Below, one piece after another: positions 1-12,600 of a DNA stretch of 64,000 nt; within the stretch, counting starts at the first letter, position 1; the number at the start of each line of letters is the position of its first letter. Source of the stretch: Callorhinchus milii (taxonomy: Eukaryota); contig NW_024704749.1 in the NCBI RefSeq assembly GCF_018977255.1, positions 10,230,001 through 10,294,000 of the forward strand, given 5' to 3'. Under the pieces are notes generated by a model. The model had not been told where the DNA came from. It was given only the letters and a program-made list of their open reading frames with translations, and did not search any database. The translations under genes and the position numbers were made by a program.

Positions 1-271
1 TCCTGTGTGGCGTGTGTGTGTAGGAATGTATGTGTGTGTGTTAGGGATGGACTTGTCTGTACACACAGATGTCTATTCTCCCCTTTCTTTACCTGTTCCC
101 CTCTTCCACTCTCTCCTCTCCTCCATCGGTTCATTTACCTTTCCTTCCTGCTACTGTATATTACAATGTAAATAATGGGATATACATTGGCAATTCCCGG
201 CGTCTCAAAGATGTTTTTTTTAAAAAAAATATATCTTTTTTGCTCTTGAAATCTGTCTGTTTATTTGAAAG

Positions 272-374
272 ACAATGTGATGTCGGATCCGACTCCTGTC
301 CTGACTCCCAGCTGAGTCGGTTTGGTGCAAAAGGGGCTCAGGCATTGAGAGAGATGGCAATGGGGTCCCTCTAG
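272..374 (+). CDS. Probable terminal coding exon of an unidentified upstream gene, followed by a ~1.2 kb 3'UTR
   Basis: Pyrimidine-rich acceptor ...tttatttgaaag|272. Two possible frames: QCDVGSDSCPDSQLSRFGAKGAQALREMAMGSL* (stop 372-374) or NVMSDPTPVLTPS* (stop 313-315). U-rich UTR-like sequence leads to AATAAA at 1536. Gene not recognised. Confidence 0.4.
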
Positions 375-1535
375 AGGTGCTTTTGTTTAACAACAACAAC
401 AACAACAACAACAGGGTATTTTTTGTGCTATTTTGCAAACGTGAAACTTTCCAAACTTCCACTGCAGGTTCGACCAGACAATGTCCATGAAAATGTCTGT
501 CTCTTACCACCTCACTGGGAGATGTCAAGCTCCCTTGGTGCTCTCTTCAGCCATTCCTTTGGATGGGTGGTGTGTGCTGGTGGGTTTGGGGGGGGGGGCA
601 GAGAAATCACATTCCTTACACCCCCCCCCCTTCTCTCTTAGTAACAGGCGTTACTTGTTTCCCCCCCCACCACCACCGCCCACACACACTCCATCGCCCA
701 GGGACATCCAGCCGAGATACGTGAGGTCAGTCCTGCATTCGATACAAGTGCCTTATCATGTCGTCGAGACCTCTCAGAGCGCTTCGCAGGATATACAGTA
801 CCGTAAAGCGTAGTGACTGTGTATTTTGTGGGCGAGGCACCTTGTAACGCACTGAAGAGAACCCTGTACACACTGCTGAGCTCTTAGTGCACTCCGCTTC
901 TCTCTGTTGATCGCCTTAGAGAACGGAGTGAATCACCACACAGACTGGTTCACTGCTGGAGTAAGAAAGCAGAAGCACTGGGGGACATCCTGTGACTAAC
1001 TGCACAGCTTAAGTCAAAGTGAAGCCAGAGGGAGAGGCGATTACTTGTCGTGGAAACTCCAGTTTAGTTAACTCTTCATTCACTGTAGCAAGAATTAACA
1101 CACGGAGATACAGATTTACCCAAGTTAAGTCATGCTCCAGTCTTCATTTTTTTTATTGTCAAAGTGTATTTAGAAATTTTACAGTGAAGCTTGCGGCGTG
1201 TGTAAAATGTGCATCTGGGAGGGTGCTGTAAGGGTTAATGGCGAGTTATTAACGGGATGGGACTCGCTGCGTTTACTTGTGACGAGCACTGGAGATCATT
1301 GATCAATATTTGCCATTGTCTACAATGGAGTTTTGTACTTTTATATTTTTTGCCTTTGTTTTTAAAAGTTGTATTTTTTTGAACTATTTCCAGAACCTGC
1401 TGTATTACCGTCGGACTGTGGATCAGTTTGACACTGTATATCATTTGCTGTTGCTGTATACCTGCCTGTTTTGTTTTCGGTTTCAGTTAAAACTTTCCGT
1501 GAAACTGCATGTGCGAAAAGTATTCAAGTCGGAAA

Positions 1536-1541
1536 AATAAA
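1536..1541 (+). terminator. Polyadenylation signal of the upstream gene
   Basis: AATAAA followed ~20 nt later by a GU-rich tract (tggtgtccctgtgtctgttgttgttg). Confidence 0.6.
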
Positions 1542-2851
1542 AGTTTCACACGCAATCTGGTGTCCCTGTGTCTGTTGTTGTTGTTATGCTGGTAATAAGA
1601 TAGTTGCGAGGTGTTATCTGTCTGTCTGTCTCTGTTTGCTTTCTCTTATCCACACATTGTTCCCATACTATCTGCCTCACACACTATCTCTCTCCCAGTC
1701 CCACTCTTTGTCTGTCACTCGATCACAATAATAATAATAATAATCCTTGCATTTGAAATAGCACTTTACCAGGTTGTAGAGATGTCTTAAAGCGGCAGCT
1801 TTTAACTCTCTGGGTTTCTTCACTCTCTCCTTCTCTGTCTATTTCCATTTGCCACATACTGTTAACGATCACAGCCAGCAATGTATGAAGTAAATGAGCC
1901 TTGAGGCAGTGTTATCACTGTGAATACGGTAAACAAGCAAATATATGGGGGTGGCAGAGTCCTGCTGGTCACTGATAAGAGATACCCACCCACCAACTAA
2001 TTTTGATTTATTTAGAGATAACGTTAAAGCCATCTGGCAAGTTTGTTGAGCCAGTCTGATTAATTAGTAATTCATTAATTACAATTTATACTCTAAAGCA
2101 TCTTTCACAAACCGTCTCATCCAAAGTGCTTCTCAAAGATGATGGCCATCACTCACTCACTCACTCACTCACTCACTCGACAAGGAAGGAGAATGAAGGA
2201 TAATCAATAATCAATAATAATAATCCTTGCATTCGATATAACTTACGTAGCACGTCATTGAGACGAGCTGGAGGCGGGAAAGGGAAGATGACTGAAAGTG
2301 ACTGTTGAGTCGGGCTTTGGAACGAGGTGATAGAGGAAACAAGAAGGATGGAATAAGGGATGGAGCTCCAGAGAACATGTTCCACATGTTTCTCTTGTGT
2401 GTTGACTGTAGAAAAAACATGGGGGTAATAGGACTTTGCAGACACCCTGCAATTAGGGCAGACATTACGGAACAGGTAAACACTGTGATTAAAGAGGTTG
2501 GGTTGAGGGGACAGGAAGTGAGAACAGAAGAATCCAGAGGAAATGATTCAGTCAGTCAGTAAACGTGTGTAATATACGGGACGAAAAATCTCATTAACGG
2601 CAATTTGCACTTAAAACAATATCATTAAGATAAGCAAATATAAGGCTCCTGTGAGCCGTGCTCTGTCTCCCACTCCCCATCCTGCCCATTCCTGTTCAGG
2701 TGGACATTACAGATCTCACAGCACTTATCATTCAACAAGAGATGGGAGCTTCTCTGTCCCGGTGACCTAACCAACAATCCACACCAAACATTCTACACTC
2801 ATCTCTACAAATCCCGGGTCCATTCATTCCGCTACCCAAAAATATCTGGTA

Positions 2852-3212
2852 CCTGTAGTGTAGTGACTGTCGCGCTCGCCTGGCAAGCGAGAAGACCTGG
2901 GTTCGATTCCCGGACAGGGCGAAACCTTAGGCAAGTTTCCTTTCTCTACACGCCTCTGTTTACCTATCGGTAAGTAGGAACTCAGTTGTTGGTCGATTGG
3001 TGGGTCGCTTTTCCAGGGATAATAATCCCTGCAAAAAAAAATTGGTCACTGAATCCATGTCTTATTTGTGGGACACTGCTGAGCGAAATTGGCTGCCGCA
3101 TTTTGCCCACAAAATACACAGTCACTCCACTTTACAGTATATTACGTGACGCGCTTTGAGAGGTCTAAATTAAGACGCTATATCAAATGCAAACGCAAGG
3201 ATTATTATCATT
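2852..3212 (+). mobile_element. tRNA-derived SINE, near full length (dominant chondrichthyan family)
   Basis: Head with A/B-box-like gtagtg..gggttcgattccc, body aattggctgccgc..cccacaaaatacacagtc, tail atcaaatgc..aaggattattat. Dozens of copies or fragments occur across the window. Confidence 0.85.
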
Positions 3213-5599
3213 ATAACCGTCCGACTCAAGAGGGGACAGGATGGTGGGAATCATCGTTGAGAAAGAATAGAGTGAGAACGTGCTCCGTCATTGCAACGTG
3301 ACATATCATCCACAAAATACACAGTCGCTCCACTCCAGTTTATCGTGTGAAGCGCTTTGAGACGTCTCAACGACACGATAAGGCGCTGTATCAAATGCAA
3401 GGATTATTATTATTATTATTTTAGCAGCTGAAATGCGAGAGAGACGCCTCCACACACGTGTGTGTGTGTGTGTGTGCAGCAGTCGTGCAGGGATTGGGTT
3501 ATCTCAGCCGCTCGCCTAATTCTGGACAGAACAAAGTCTCGATCATTCAGTCGTGGGCTCGGTGCCAATACACTGGCAGGTGATTGGTGCATCTTATTGG
3601 CAAGCAGAACTCCCCATTAATAAGGAAATAAAGGCCGCGAAACCGGCCAATGTTTTGCCAAAACAAAAAAAAAGCTCCGGACTTAAAGGGGATGATGAAT
3701 CACAGACACATCTGGCTTGAAGGTTCTGGGAAACTCTTCCCCAAAGGGGAAGACAAGCTACGCAGTCAACAAAATACACAGTCAATTCGCTTTACAGTAT
3801 ATGCTGTGGAGCGCTTCGAGACACCTCATTTGATAAGACGCCATATCAAATGCAAGGATTATTATTATTCTTATTAAAACAAGCTATATAGTACTCACCG
3901 CAAATTTAACCTTATATTTATCATTTTTTGCTTTGAAGTGAGAAACCTTTACGAGGCGCGAGTTGAAAGGATCTCACGCGACTGTGAATTTATGACTGGG
4001 TTTATTTTATGACAGCACTCTTGCAGTTTGCTCCCAATATCAACACCGAGGTACAGACGAGCACAGTTAGATACAGAGCATATGTCCCTCGACTCAGCCC
4101 CAGCAATGTGCTAGCGTCCCCTACTGTCCAGTGTAACTGCTCCATTTCCCACACAAGCCCTCTTCACATCGCTCACCTCATCTCAACAAGCGCCAAACTC
4201 ACATCCTCGTGTGGCTAATGTACAAATGAACTGAGAAGCTGTACTTTATGTCTCTAAGTCCGTGCGACGCTGCTGTGCGCAATTGGCTGCTGCGTTTCGC
4301 CCACAAAATACGCAGTCGCTCCACTTTACAGTACATTCTGCGAAGCGCTTTGAGACACCTCAACGACATGATAAGGCGCTCCATCAAAGGCAAGGATTAT
4401 TATTTTAAGTTTGCTCTTAAATACGTTGATGAACCTGATTTCTGTGCAGAAGTGATTGAAGTTTCTATAAAGAAATGGTCGCAAATAAGGAGAGGAGAGA
4501 AAATTACAGGGGGAGTGAAGGAGGAATAGGGAGTCAGACTCCATAGAGAGGGAGGGAGAGATTGAACTATGTCATTCTGATATTTTTAATGAGTTGTGAT
4601 TATATGGGAATTGGGGGTTGGGGAATAAAGAGGTAATAAACACAACAAACAGGAAGACTCTGTAATTACAGCCCCCTTCATGTTGCAACGGGACCTCTGA
4701 GATTGCTTTAATAAACAAATGAAGTGTGTGTTCAGAGGTAGGGATGGAGGCAGAGCATTAGAGAGATAACACAGAACTCACCCGTTTCCTTTCTGCCCAC
4801 AGATGGCAGATAAAACAGCTTTAAATCCCAATTTTAACACAAGCGGAGACTTGTGTTTGGATCCATTCAGAGACACACGCCTCGATCAAGCCTTTTTCTC
4901 TTCACCTCGCGCTCAATTGAAGTTAGAAAATTCAGAGACAGAGTTTGTTTAGAAATGCGCTTACTTTTTTTTTTAAATGTCTTTCATGCCGAGAGAGAGA
5001 GAAAAAAAAATCCTTTTTTTCTCTCCCACCCCCGAGATCTCTCTTCCTCTGGCTGTTCTCGGTTTCCCTCGATCAAAGGCACCTCTGTGTGGGTTTTCGT
5101 GCGGAAAGCTCGGCTCCCGGCCACCTTCCTCGACCTCAGGGATGGTCTAGAGTCCAAAACAGAACCAGAAAAACTTGACGCTCGCACATACAGATACGGG
5201 CTTCATGAAGTCTTTTCCTTACAAATCTGCCCAGCTGCCGGAGATTCCCTGAGCTGCTCTCCTCTCTCCTCTCCGTCTCCCTGGTAACGCAATCCCTTCT
5301 GATTTGGTTCATTCACTTCTCCTGGCTTTTAGCAGGGAAATCAAACACAAAGTTGTCTTGTTCGGCTTTTTTTTCCCCTTTCGCTTCTCGTTGCTTTCGA
5401 GGTGTTCCCAGACCTTCGGGTGCGAAGTCTCCGGTATTTATAATAATAATAATGCTCCTTCATTAGACACACAGCGCCTCATCATGTAATTGGAACGTCT
5501 CAAAGCGCTTCACGGAATATACTGCAAAGTGGATTGACTGTGTATCATGCGGGTGAACCACCGCAGCCGATTGCGCACAGCGATGTCCCCAAAACAGCC

Positions 5600-5880
5600 A
5601 AGGAGTGAGCGGCCAATTTTATTTGGGGGATTGTTGGCCAAGACGTCGGGAGAGAGAATCTTCCTTCTCTTTTTGAATAGCGCCGCGGGATCTTTAACAT
5701 CCACCTGATTTAACATCTCATCCGAAGGACGGCACCGCTGACAACACAACCCCCACCCACCCCCAGTACTGCATTGGAGTGTCAGCCTAGACTGTGAGCT
5801 CAAAGTCCCGATGTGGGGGCTTGAACCCACAACCTTTTGACTCAGAGGTAAGAGTGCAAGATACTGCGCTGGGCTGACCC
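5600..5880 (-). mobile_element. Deu-domain type SINE remnant (SacSINE1-like)
   Basis: Minus strand has a tRNA-like head (gcactcttacctctgagtcaaaaggttgtgggttcaagccc) followed by ...gtccttcggatgagatgttaaa...gatccc core typical of Deu-SINEs. Confidence 0.6.
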
Positions 5881-6169
5881 TGGGGACATTACCCAGTTGC
5901 TGGTATTTTTGGTGTCTATTCAGGCTCTACCCTGGGATTCAGCGCTGTTCCTTCTTCTTGTCTCCAACAAAACAAAGCTGAGGATTTACACCTCTGCTCC
6001 ATACAAACTCAAAATGCACAGTCACTGCACTTGACAGTAAATCCTGCAAAGCATTTAGAGACATTCTGACAACCTGATCAGTCGCTGTATCAAATGCAAG
6101 AAGTATGTCTCCTCAACCACCTGCAAAGGACTCTTTTTTTAGATACAGGTACAGTCTTATCTCGTTCTA

Positions 6170-6420
6170 CGCGATCACATCACTCCCACCCTCGCCTTCG
6201 CTCGCCTCCACTGGCTCCCCATCCCCCAGAGGATCGAATTCAAAATCCTCATCCTCACCTACAAAGCCATTCGTGGCTCTCTCCGACCTACTACCCCCCT
6301 ACTTACCTGCCCGTACCCTCCGTTCCTCTGGCTCCGGTCTGCTCCACATCCCCCGCCCCAACCGCCCTACCATCGGTGGCCTTCAGCCTCTCAGCCCCGA
6401 GGCTGTTGTTGTTGTTGTTG
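6170..6420 (+). mobile_element. L2 LINE 3' fragment
   Basis: [47 protein letters not shown], the typical L2 RT C-terminus, ending in (TTG)n. Confidence 0.85.
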
Positions 6421-7403
6421 ATGGAAGAAGGGGGAGTGTCGAGGCGCTGTGATATCATGAGGGCTTCCCCTCGTGTGACGTCATGAATGGTGAGGGGATT
6501 CCTCAGGTTCTGGAACCGACTTAACTTGGTAACTGTGTAACTGACGTACATTCCCAGCCATAGCCAAGGGACACGGGTAAGTCCAGGGAGGGTCTGTCGA
6601 GAGGGTCGGTCAATCACGGAGGTTCACAAAGAACGTACAGCAGGGAAACGGGCCACTTTGCCCCAACCAGTCTGTGACGGTGTTTATTCTCCACCCATTG
6701 CTTTACTCCCTCAGAGCTGTGTGTGTGTGTGTGTGTGTGTGTGCGCGGAGTGAGGAAATTCCTCTAAGGTTTCACCCCGCCTGGGAATCAGACCCGGGTC
6801 CTCTCGCTTCGCGAGGCGAGGGCTAACCACGACTATATAAATGTGAACTCTTGTGGCAAGTTTGAGGATCAAACTTCCAGGCAATTATCCCGCTTTACTT
6901 GAACTGTCAGTATCGGTGGGGAGAGAGGGCTGTTGATTCACAAAGTTTCAGCCAAGCTTCAACCTATAACCCACTGACCCACAAACGAGAGCATAGCCTT
7001 CAAACAGACTGACAGGAAAGTCCTGCTAACAGCACAACCCACCAGCATTTAAACAGCCCCACCTTGGAGCAGCGAACATTTAGAGAGAGTTAACGTAATT
7101 AACATTGTATTTAAACGCTCCCTCAAATGGCTGAGGGTCATGACAGTCAGACCAGGAGGTTTCTGCCCCAGTCACCGCTGGTTAATTAATGGCCGGAAAA
7201 TGACAGCATCAACAACCAACCTCAGCCTCCCAGGATTTGGGGAACAAAATCATTCCTGGTTCCTGATCAATATCCGGAAAGTGTAAACACTGGACAGGAT
7301 CGGGCTCAGCTCTGATGCTCGACCTCCCCCACCCCCCACCCCCTTCCCCCCCGGCCAGGATTATATATTAAAAGTTAAGTTAAAACCATGTCATCCAAAT
7401 TTC

Positions 7404-7752
7404 TAATAATAATAATCCTTGCATTTGATATAGCGCCTTATCACGTCTTTGAGACGTCTCGAAGTGCTTCACAGAAGTGCTGCGTCGTGGGCCAAACGCG
7501 GCAGCCAATTGCGCACAGCAGCGTCCCCACAAACAGTCGTGGGTTTGAAGTGACCCATTTATTGTTGTTGTGTCTTTGAAGGAAAAAAAGCGATCCGCCA
7601 ATCGACCAACAACCGAGTTCCTACTCACTGCCGGGTAACCAGAGGCGTCCGGCGTTCGGAAACTTACCCAACGTGTCGCCAAACCCGGGGATCAAATCCA
7701 GGTCCTCTCGCTTGCGAGACGAGCGCTCTAACCACTGAGCTACAGGACTCCA
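7404..7752 (-). mobile_element. tRNA-derived SINE, full length
   Basis: Reverse copy from (AAT)n-ccttgcatttgat tail to the head ...ctctaaccactgagctacaggactcc. Confidence 0.85.
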
Positions 7753-9379
7753 CGAATAACGGCCAGCATCCGGAACTGTGGAGAGTTCACCACATATATA
7801 TATATATTATATATGTGTGTGTGTGTTGTATGCCCAAATTTGGGCTGCAAATGCCTGTGTGACTTGAAAGTCGAATTAAAAGTCTCATTAGTTGAACTAC
7901 CCTGAAATGGACATGAAACCAACACAAGGAACTGTGCAGGAGAGCAGTTATTGGAGTGCAATGTGAGGTTTGGGTGAGGACACAGACAGACAGAGACCAA
8001 CCAACAGAGAACAGAAAAGGGCTTTTTCTATAGTCCCATAATGTCATTATTGCCCAATTCTCCCAATTACAGACAGGGTGGAAGCTCACTGCCCCCCCAC
8101 ACCCTCTGCCCCTGTTTAAAGGACAAGTATTTGGTGGTTGGAGTACACTCAGCAACATCCCACTTGTGTGTGTCATATGTTTTAAAGAACTGGAACACAT
8201 CTCTCTCTCTCCAACACACACACTGTGATCTCTCTCTCTCTCTCTCTCTCCCCTCCAGTCCCCTCTTAACCATCTCCGGAGTTGACAGATCAGAAGGGAA
8301 TTGGGGCAGAAAGTGAAACCAACTGATCGCTGTTAAAGTTAGTCCCTGAAGTTTACACCTTCACTGTGTGTTGTGTGTGGTTCCGGGTGAGTATCACAGA
8401 ACCAGAGATCACAGCCCAGAGAGAGAGAGAGAGAGAGAGAGAATTCAGGTAATATATATATTTTTTATATATATATTGGGGTGGTTTGGTGTACAGTGGT
8501 AATCAGATTAAGAGGGGAATGATGCTCAAGAGATTCTGGGGTTAGGGATGGTTTGAGTAGTTTGAATGGACCTATTTTTCTTTTTTTTTTGGGGGGGGAA
8601 AGGGAGCAGATGTTTGTGATATTTAGCTCTGGGTTCAGTTGCTCTCCATTGCCCGCGACTCTGGCTCAGGAAATAATAATAATTAATCGGTGAAATGATC
8701 ATAACGTGGTCGCTCGCCCTCCCCCGAGTGTCGCAGGTCGCCGAGGGGCGCGATCGGCTGCCGCGTTTGGCCCACGCGCGAGACGTACGGGTCCCATTCA
8801 CTTTCCGGCGTGTCCCGCGGGGCGCTTTGAGACGTGGCGAAGACGTGACAAGGCTCTTGTCTCAAACGCAGGGATTATTGTACAAATGGGGGGGGGGCTG
8901 TAGCCTCGGCGTAGCCTGTGGCGGTCCAGGGAGCCGGGCTGTGCTGTCAGAGATGACAACCTTTGGCCGAGAGATCTTTACCCAAGAGGTGCTGCGCGTG
9001 TTTGTTCAGGTGGATGTTTACCACCGTCCCGTGACCCTATTTGAAAAGAGAATGCAATTCCTCGAGATTAACCGGTCATTTCACTCTGTGGCTGTTTGTG
9101 TGTGTGTGCGTGTGTGTGTGACCTTGCCGTGTGCAAATTGTCTGTTTTAAGCGCTCCGAGACACTGCTCTGCGAAGGGCCCCAACTTAAACCAAGTTGTC
9201 GTCGTCGTCGTCTTTGCACTGGCCGTGCTTGCCAGGCCTCCCTGTGAAATGCTTTGAGATGTATATCAATACGCAAACGTTGCTGAACTATTATAACAAC
9301 AATGATCCTGACAACCGTGTCTGTGTGTGTGTGTGTGTGTTCGTCTGTGTGTGTCTGGCCTCTTTGCCCCCACCCTCTT

Positions 9380-9625
9380 GAAATCCATCCTACAGTCCCT
9401 TCGCCTCCCTCCCTCCCTCCCTCGCTACCGTCAAGACCCGTCTCAAGACCCTCCTCTCCGACCGCGCCGTCTGTCACCCTCCGACCCCCCACCCTCCCTG
9501 CCCTCCACCCCACCTCCTGATCCCGAGCCCCAGCTCGGGTCCAAATCCCGGACTGTCCAGCGCTTTGGGACGTCCTCCCCACGTGAAAAGCGCCGTGTAA
9601 TGTGGTGGTGGTGGTGTTGCTGTTG
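9380..9625 (+). mobile_element. L2-type 3' end fragment
   Basis: tcaagacccgtctcaagaccctcctc...gtccagcgctttgggacgtcctcccacgtgaaaagcgcc plus GT-rich tail; matches other L2 3' ends in the window. Confidence 0.7.
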
Positions 9626-9635
9626 TCTCCTCAGG

Positions 9636-12600
9636 ATGAGTGTGAAGGTGGGCCTGCGAGGGATCCACGTGGACCGCTCCGAGCTGCTGTGTAAGGATGG
9701 CTGCGGTTACTATGGGAACCTGGCCTGGCAGGGATACTGCTCCAAGTGCTGGAGAGAACGCAGCCCGAGACAGCAACCCAGGCCGGAGCTGAGCCGAGAG
9801 TACGTACCTGTGCGGGGAGGGGCGGCGGGGGTAGGGTGCGGGGGGTGGGGGAGGGTTGGGTTTAGGAGCGTGACCTGGTGCCTTCCCTCCCAGGGAATCA
9901 GCGTTGTTGGTCACACATAGAGCAAAGCGGGTGTATAATGGGCGGGCGGTGGGGGGTGATGGGGTGATGTGTCTGCGTGAGTGCTTTGCTTGTGTGGGGG
10001 GGGGGGGTGATGGGGTGATGTGTCTGCGTGAGTGCTTTGCTTGTGTGTGGGGGTGGGGGGGGGGGGGGGGGGGGGGGTGGGGGGTGATGGGGTGTCGTGT
10101 TGCAATTTCCTGCCGACTTCGCTGGAAATATTTCACAACTCCGTCCGTTTATCCGCTCTCTGACCGCAGTGCAGCAGACCCAGAGGGAGGCCATTTTCTC
10201 CGAGCGAGACTTGTGCCGACTTTATATTTCTGTCCTTTTTTTTGGTTTGTTAATAAATTAAAATGGAGGCTAAATTCCCTGCAAAGTTCCCCCCCCCACC
10301 CACCCCCCAACCCACCCACCCAATAGTTGGAAAGACTCTCTTTCCAGCCTCAAAAGCCACTGTGAACTCCAGTCCTAACCCTCAGGACCAGACCGACTTC
10401 CACATTCTGCGCTGACTTCCCAACTGAAGGCCGCGGTTTCTTTTTAGCAATTCAAAAAAAACCTTCATAGTTTGGTCACTCGACCCGCGGCTGTTTGTAG
10501 GTCGCTGCAACTCCCTCAGCCAACTCCCTCCGGGGAGAGGGGGCGCCCGTTCTATTCCCGACCGACCCAGGGAAATTTCCACGTGTGGGTGTGGGGTGCG
10601 TACGCGGAACTCAGTTTGGTTTGGAGACTCTTAAGCACTTAAGTGATGCGGGGTTTCCGCACGTGTCTAGACACCCGGCTGTCCACCAACACCAACTACA
10701 ACTTGCATTTATATGGCCCCCCCCACACACACAGGATAGCGTCCCAGAACGCTTTTAAAAGAACAAAGCTACAATACAATGACCTCCCCTTGAGTTCCCT
10801 CACACCCGGGTATCATCCCATCGAACGACTCCTACCCTCTCTGTCTTTGACCTGCGGCCAGGAATTGCTCTACCGGTTTACCCGTTACCCAGTCTGGAAG
10901 CTTCACGGCCTCTCCCCACCCCCCCCCACCACCCCCCCAGCTCCTCTCCTGCTCTGTGTGTATTTAAGGTAGTCAAAATGCAGGGGAACCCCTGAGTGCC
11001 TCGATGTAGCACTTCCCCTCAGTGTAACATAGGAGAAGTCTGGGAGGAATTTGTGACTCGCTGCCCAGAAATTCCCCAGTGACCACACTTCGAAAAGCCC
11101 CCCCCCCCACCCCACCATGTGGGAAAGGTGCTGTGTTGTGCGAGTGTAATAATAAGCCTGGCATTTGACACGGCGCCTCATCACATCGTCGAGCCGTCTC
11201 AAAGCGCTTCACGGGGATACACTGCAAAGCGTTAGCTGCGTTGTGATGCTGGGGCGGGGTCCGTGGTGAGTCCGTGACTGAGCAAGCGCTCGGGGGACTC
11301 GGCCCCGCGTGAAGGGCCGCTGTGTAAACACAAGTAGTTGTCGTCGTTGTTGTCGTCGTCGAGCAGCTTCTCCTTGTGTTTCAGGCCGGAGTCCGGGGCT
11401 GTGTCGGGCATCACCTTCTCTAAGTTCGAGGAGAAGAAGAGCAGCGAGAAGGGCCGGAGAGTCAGCACCGTCAGGAAACTCTTCGCCTCCAAGATCGGAT
11501 CCAAACGAGGTGCGGAACATCTGGGAACGTTCCGCGGGAACCGACGCCCGCGGTCCGACCCGGGTAGCCATCCTCCCTCCCGGGTTGACTCTGTCCCCGA
11601 GTTGTCGTTGTCGTTGCATGTGCTTTTGATTAAAAATCCCCTCTTCCCATTTGTTTTCTCTCTCTCTCCGCAGGGAATCTGGAGCCGGCCACGCCCGGCG
11701 CTCACACCTCCGCCTCCATCAGGCCCGGGGATTTCAATGAGTTTCTCAAGTCGCTACGGAAACCGTCCGAGCAAATCGTCCAGAAGCGCTGCCTCCACTT
11801 CATCCACCGACTACAGGCAACGGCGGTGAGACTTCCCCTCTCCCTGGGGGTGTGGGGGATGGGGGTGGGGGGGGGGGGTGGGATGTAGGGTAGGGTTGGG
11901 TTGGGATCGGTGCCTCGGCTGTTGGTGATGGTCTCTCTCTTGGTTACAGGATCTCCGTGTTCAGGCTCAGTCTGACCTGGTGCAGGATTTCTACCAGAAC
12001 ATCACCAGCCACTTTACCGGTGAGGAACCGTGAGCAGAGGCTGTGAGGGTGGGGTGGGTGGGTGGGTGAGAGAGGGAGGGAGAGAGGGAGGGAGGGGTCC
12101 TTGGGGCCGGGAGGTGATGAGCCACTCTATCAAATGTAAGGATGATTATTATTTACACTGCCCCCTCCGCAGGCCAGTCTCTGGAGCACACGGAGAGGAT
12201 GATGGACAACGTGGAGAAGTTTATCATGACGAGGCTTTACTGCAGTGTGTTCTGCCCGGATGACTCCGAGGACGAGCAGCAGGACCTGGTGCTGCAGCGT
12301 CGCATCCGGTCAGCTCGCATTCCCCGTCGCATTACAGAAAGCAACAACACCTTTTCTTACCCCCCTCCCCCAGCCCCCACCACAACCACCGCCCCCCCTC
12401 TCCCAGAACCCACATAACACACAGTCTCGATGCGCTTTACAGTACAACCTGACGGGCTCCGGCCTCCTGCTTCTCCCTCGTCCCCTCCGCTCCACCATTG
12501 GCGGCCGAGCTTTCAGCCATTACACCCCGAAGCTTTGGAGCTCCCTGACGTGGACAGATATCTGTCAGGTCAGGGGAGCAAGGGATACGGGGCAAAGGCG

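Noticed and set aside
2852-2930. tRNA-like A/B boxes (also 12840, 42980, 44340, 55330)
   Set aside because: SINE heads that continue into the SINE body; no complete cloverleaf evident
3089-4529. Recurrent short ORFs with ..[16 protein letters not shown] motifs across the window
   Set aside because: Translations of the SINE body and (ATT)n tail, not a protein family
4770-5300. ORF 4853-5287, a minus-strand donor at ~4780 and GATA/E-box motifs
   Set aside because: No recognisable homology or consistent exon chain; motifs too short to support a call
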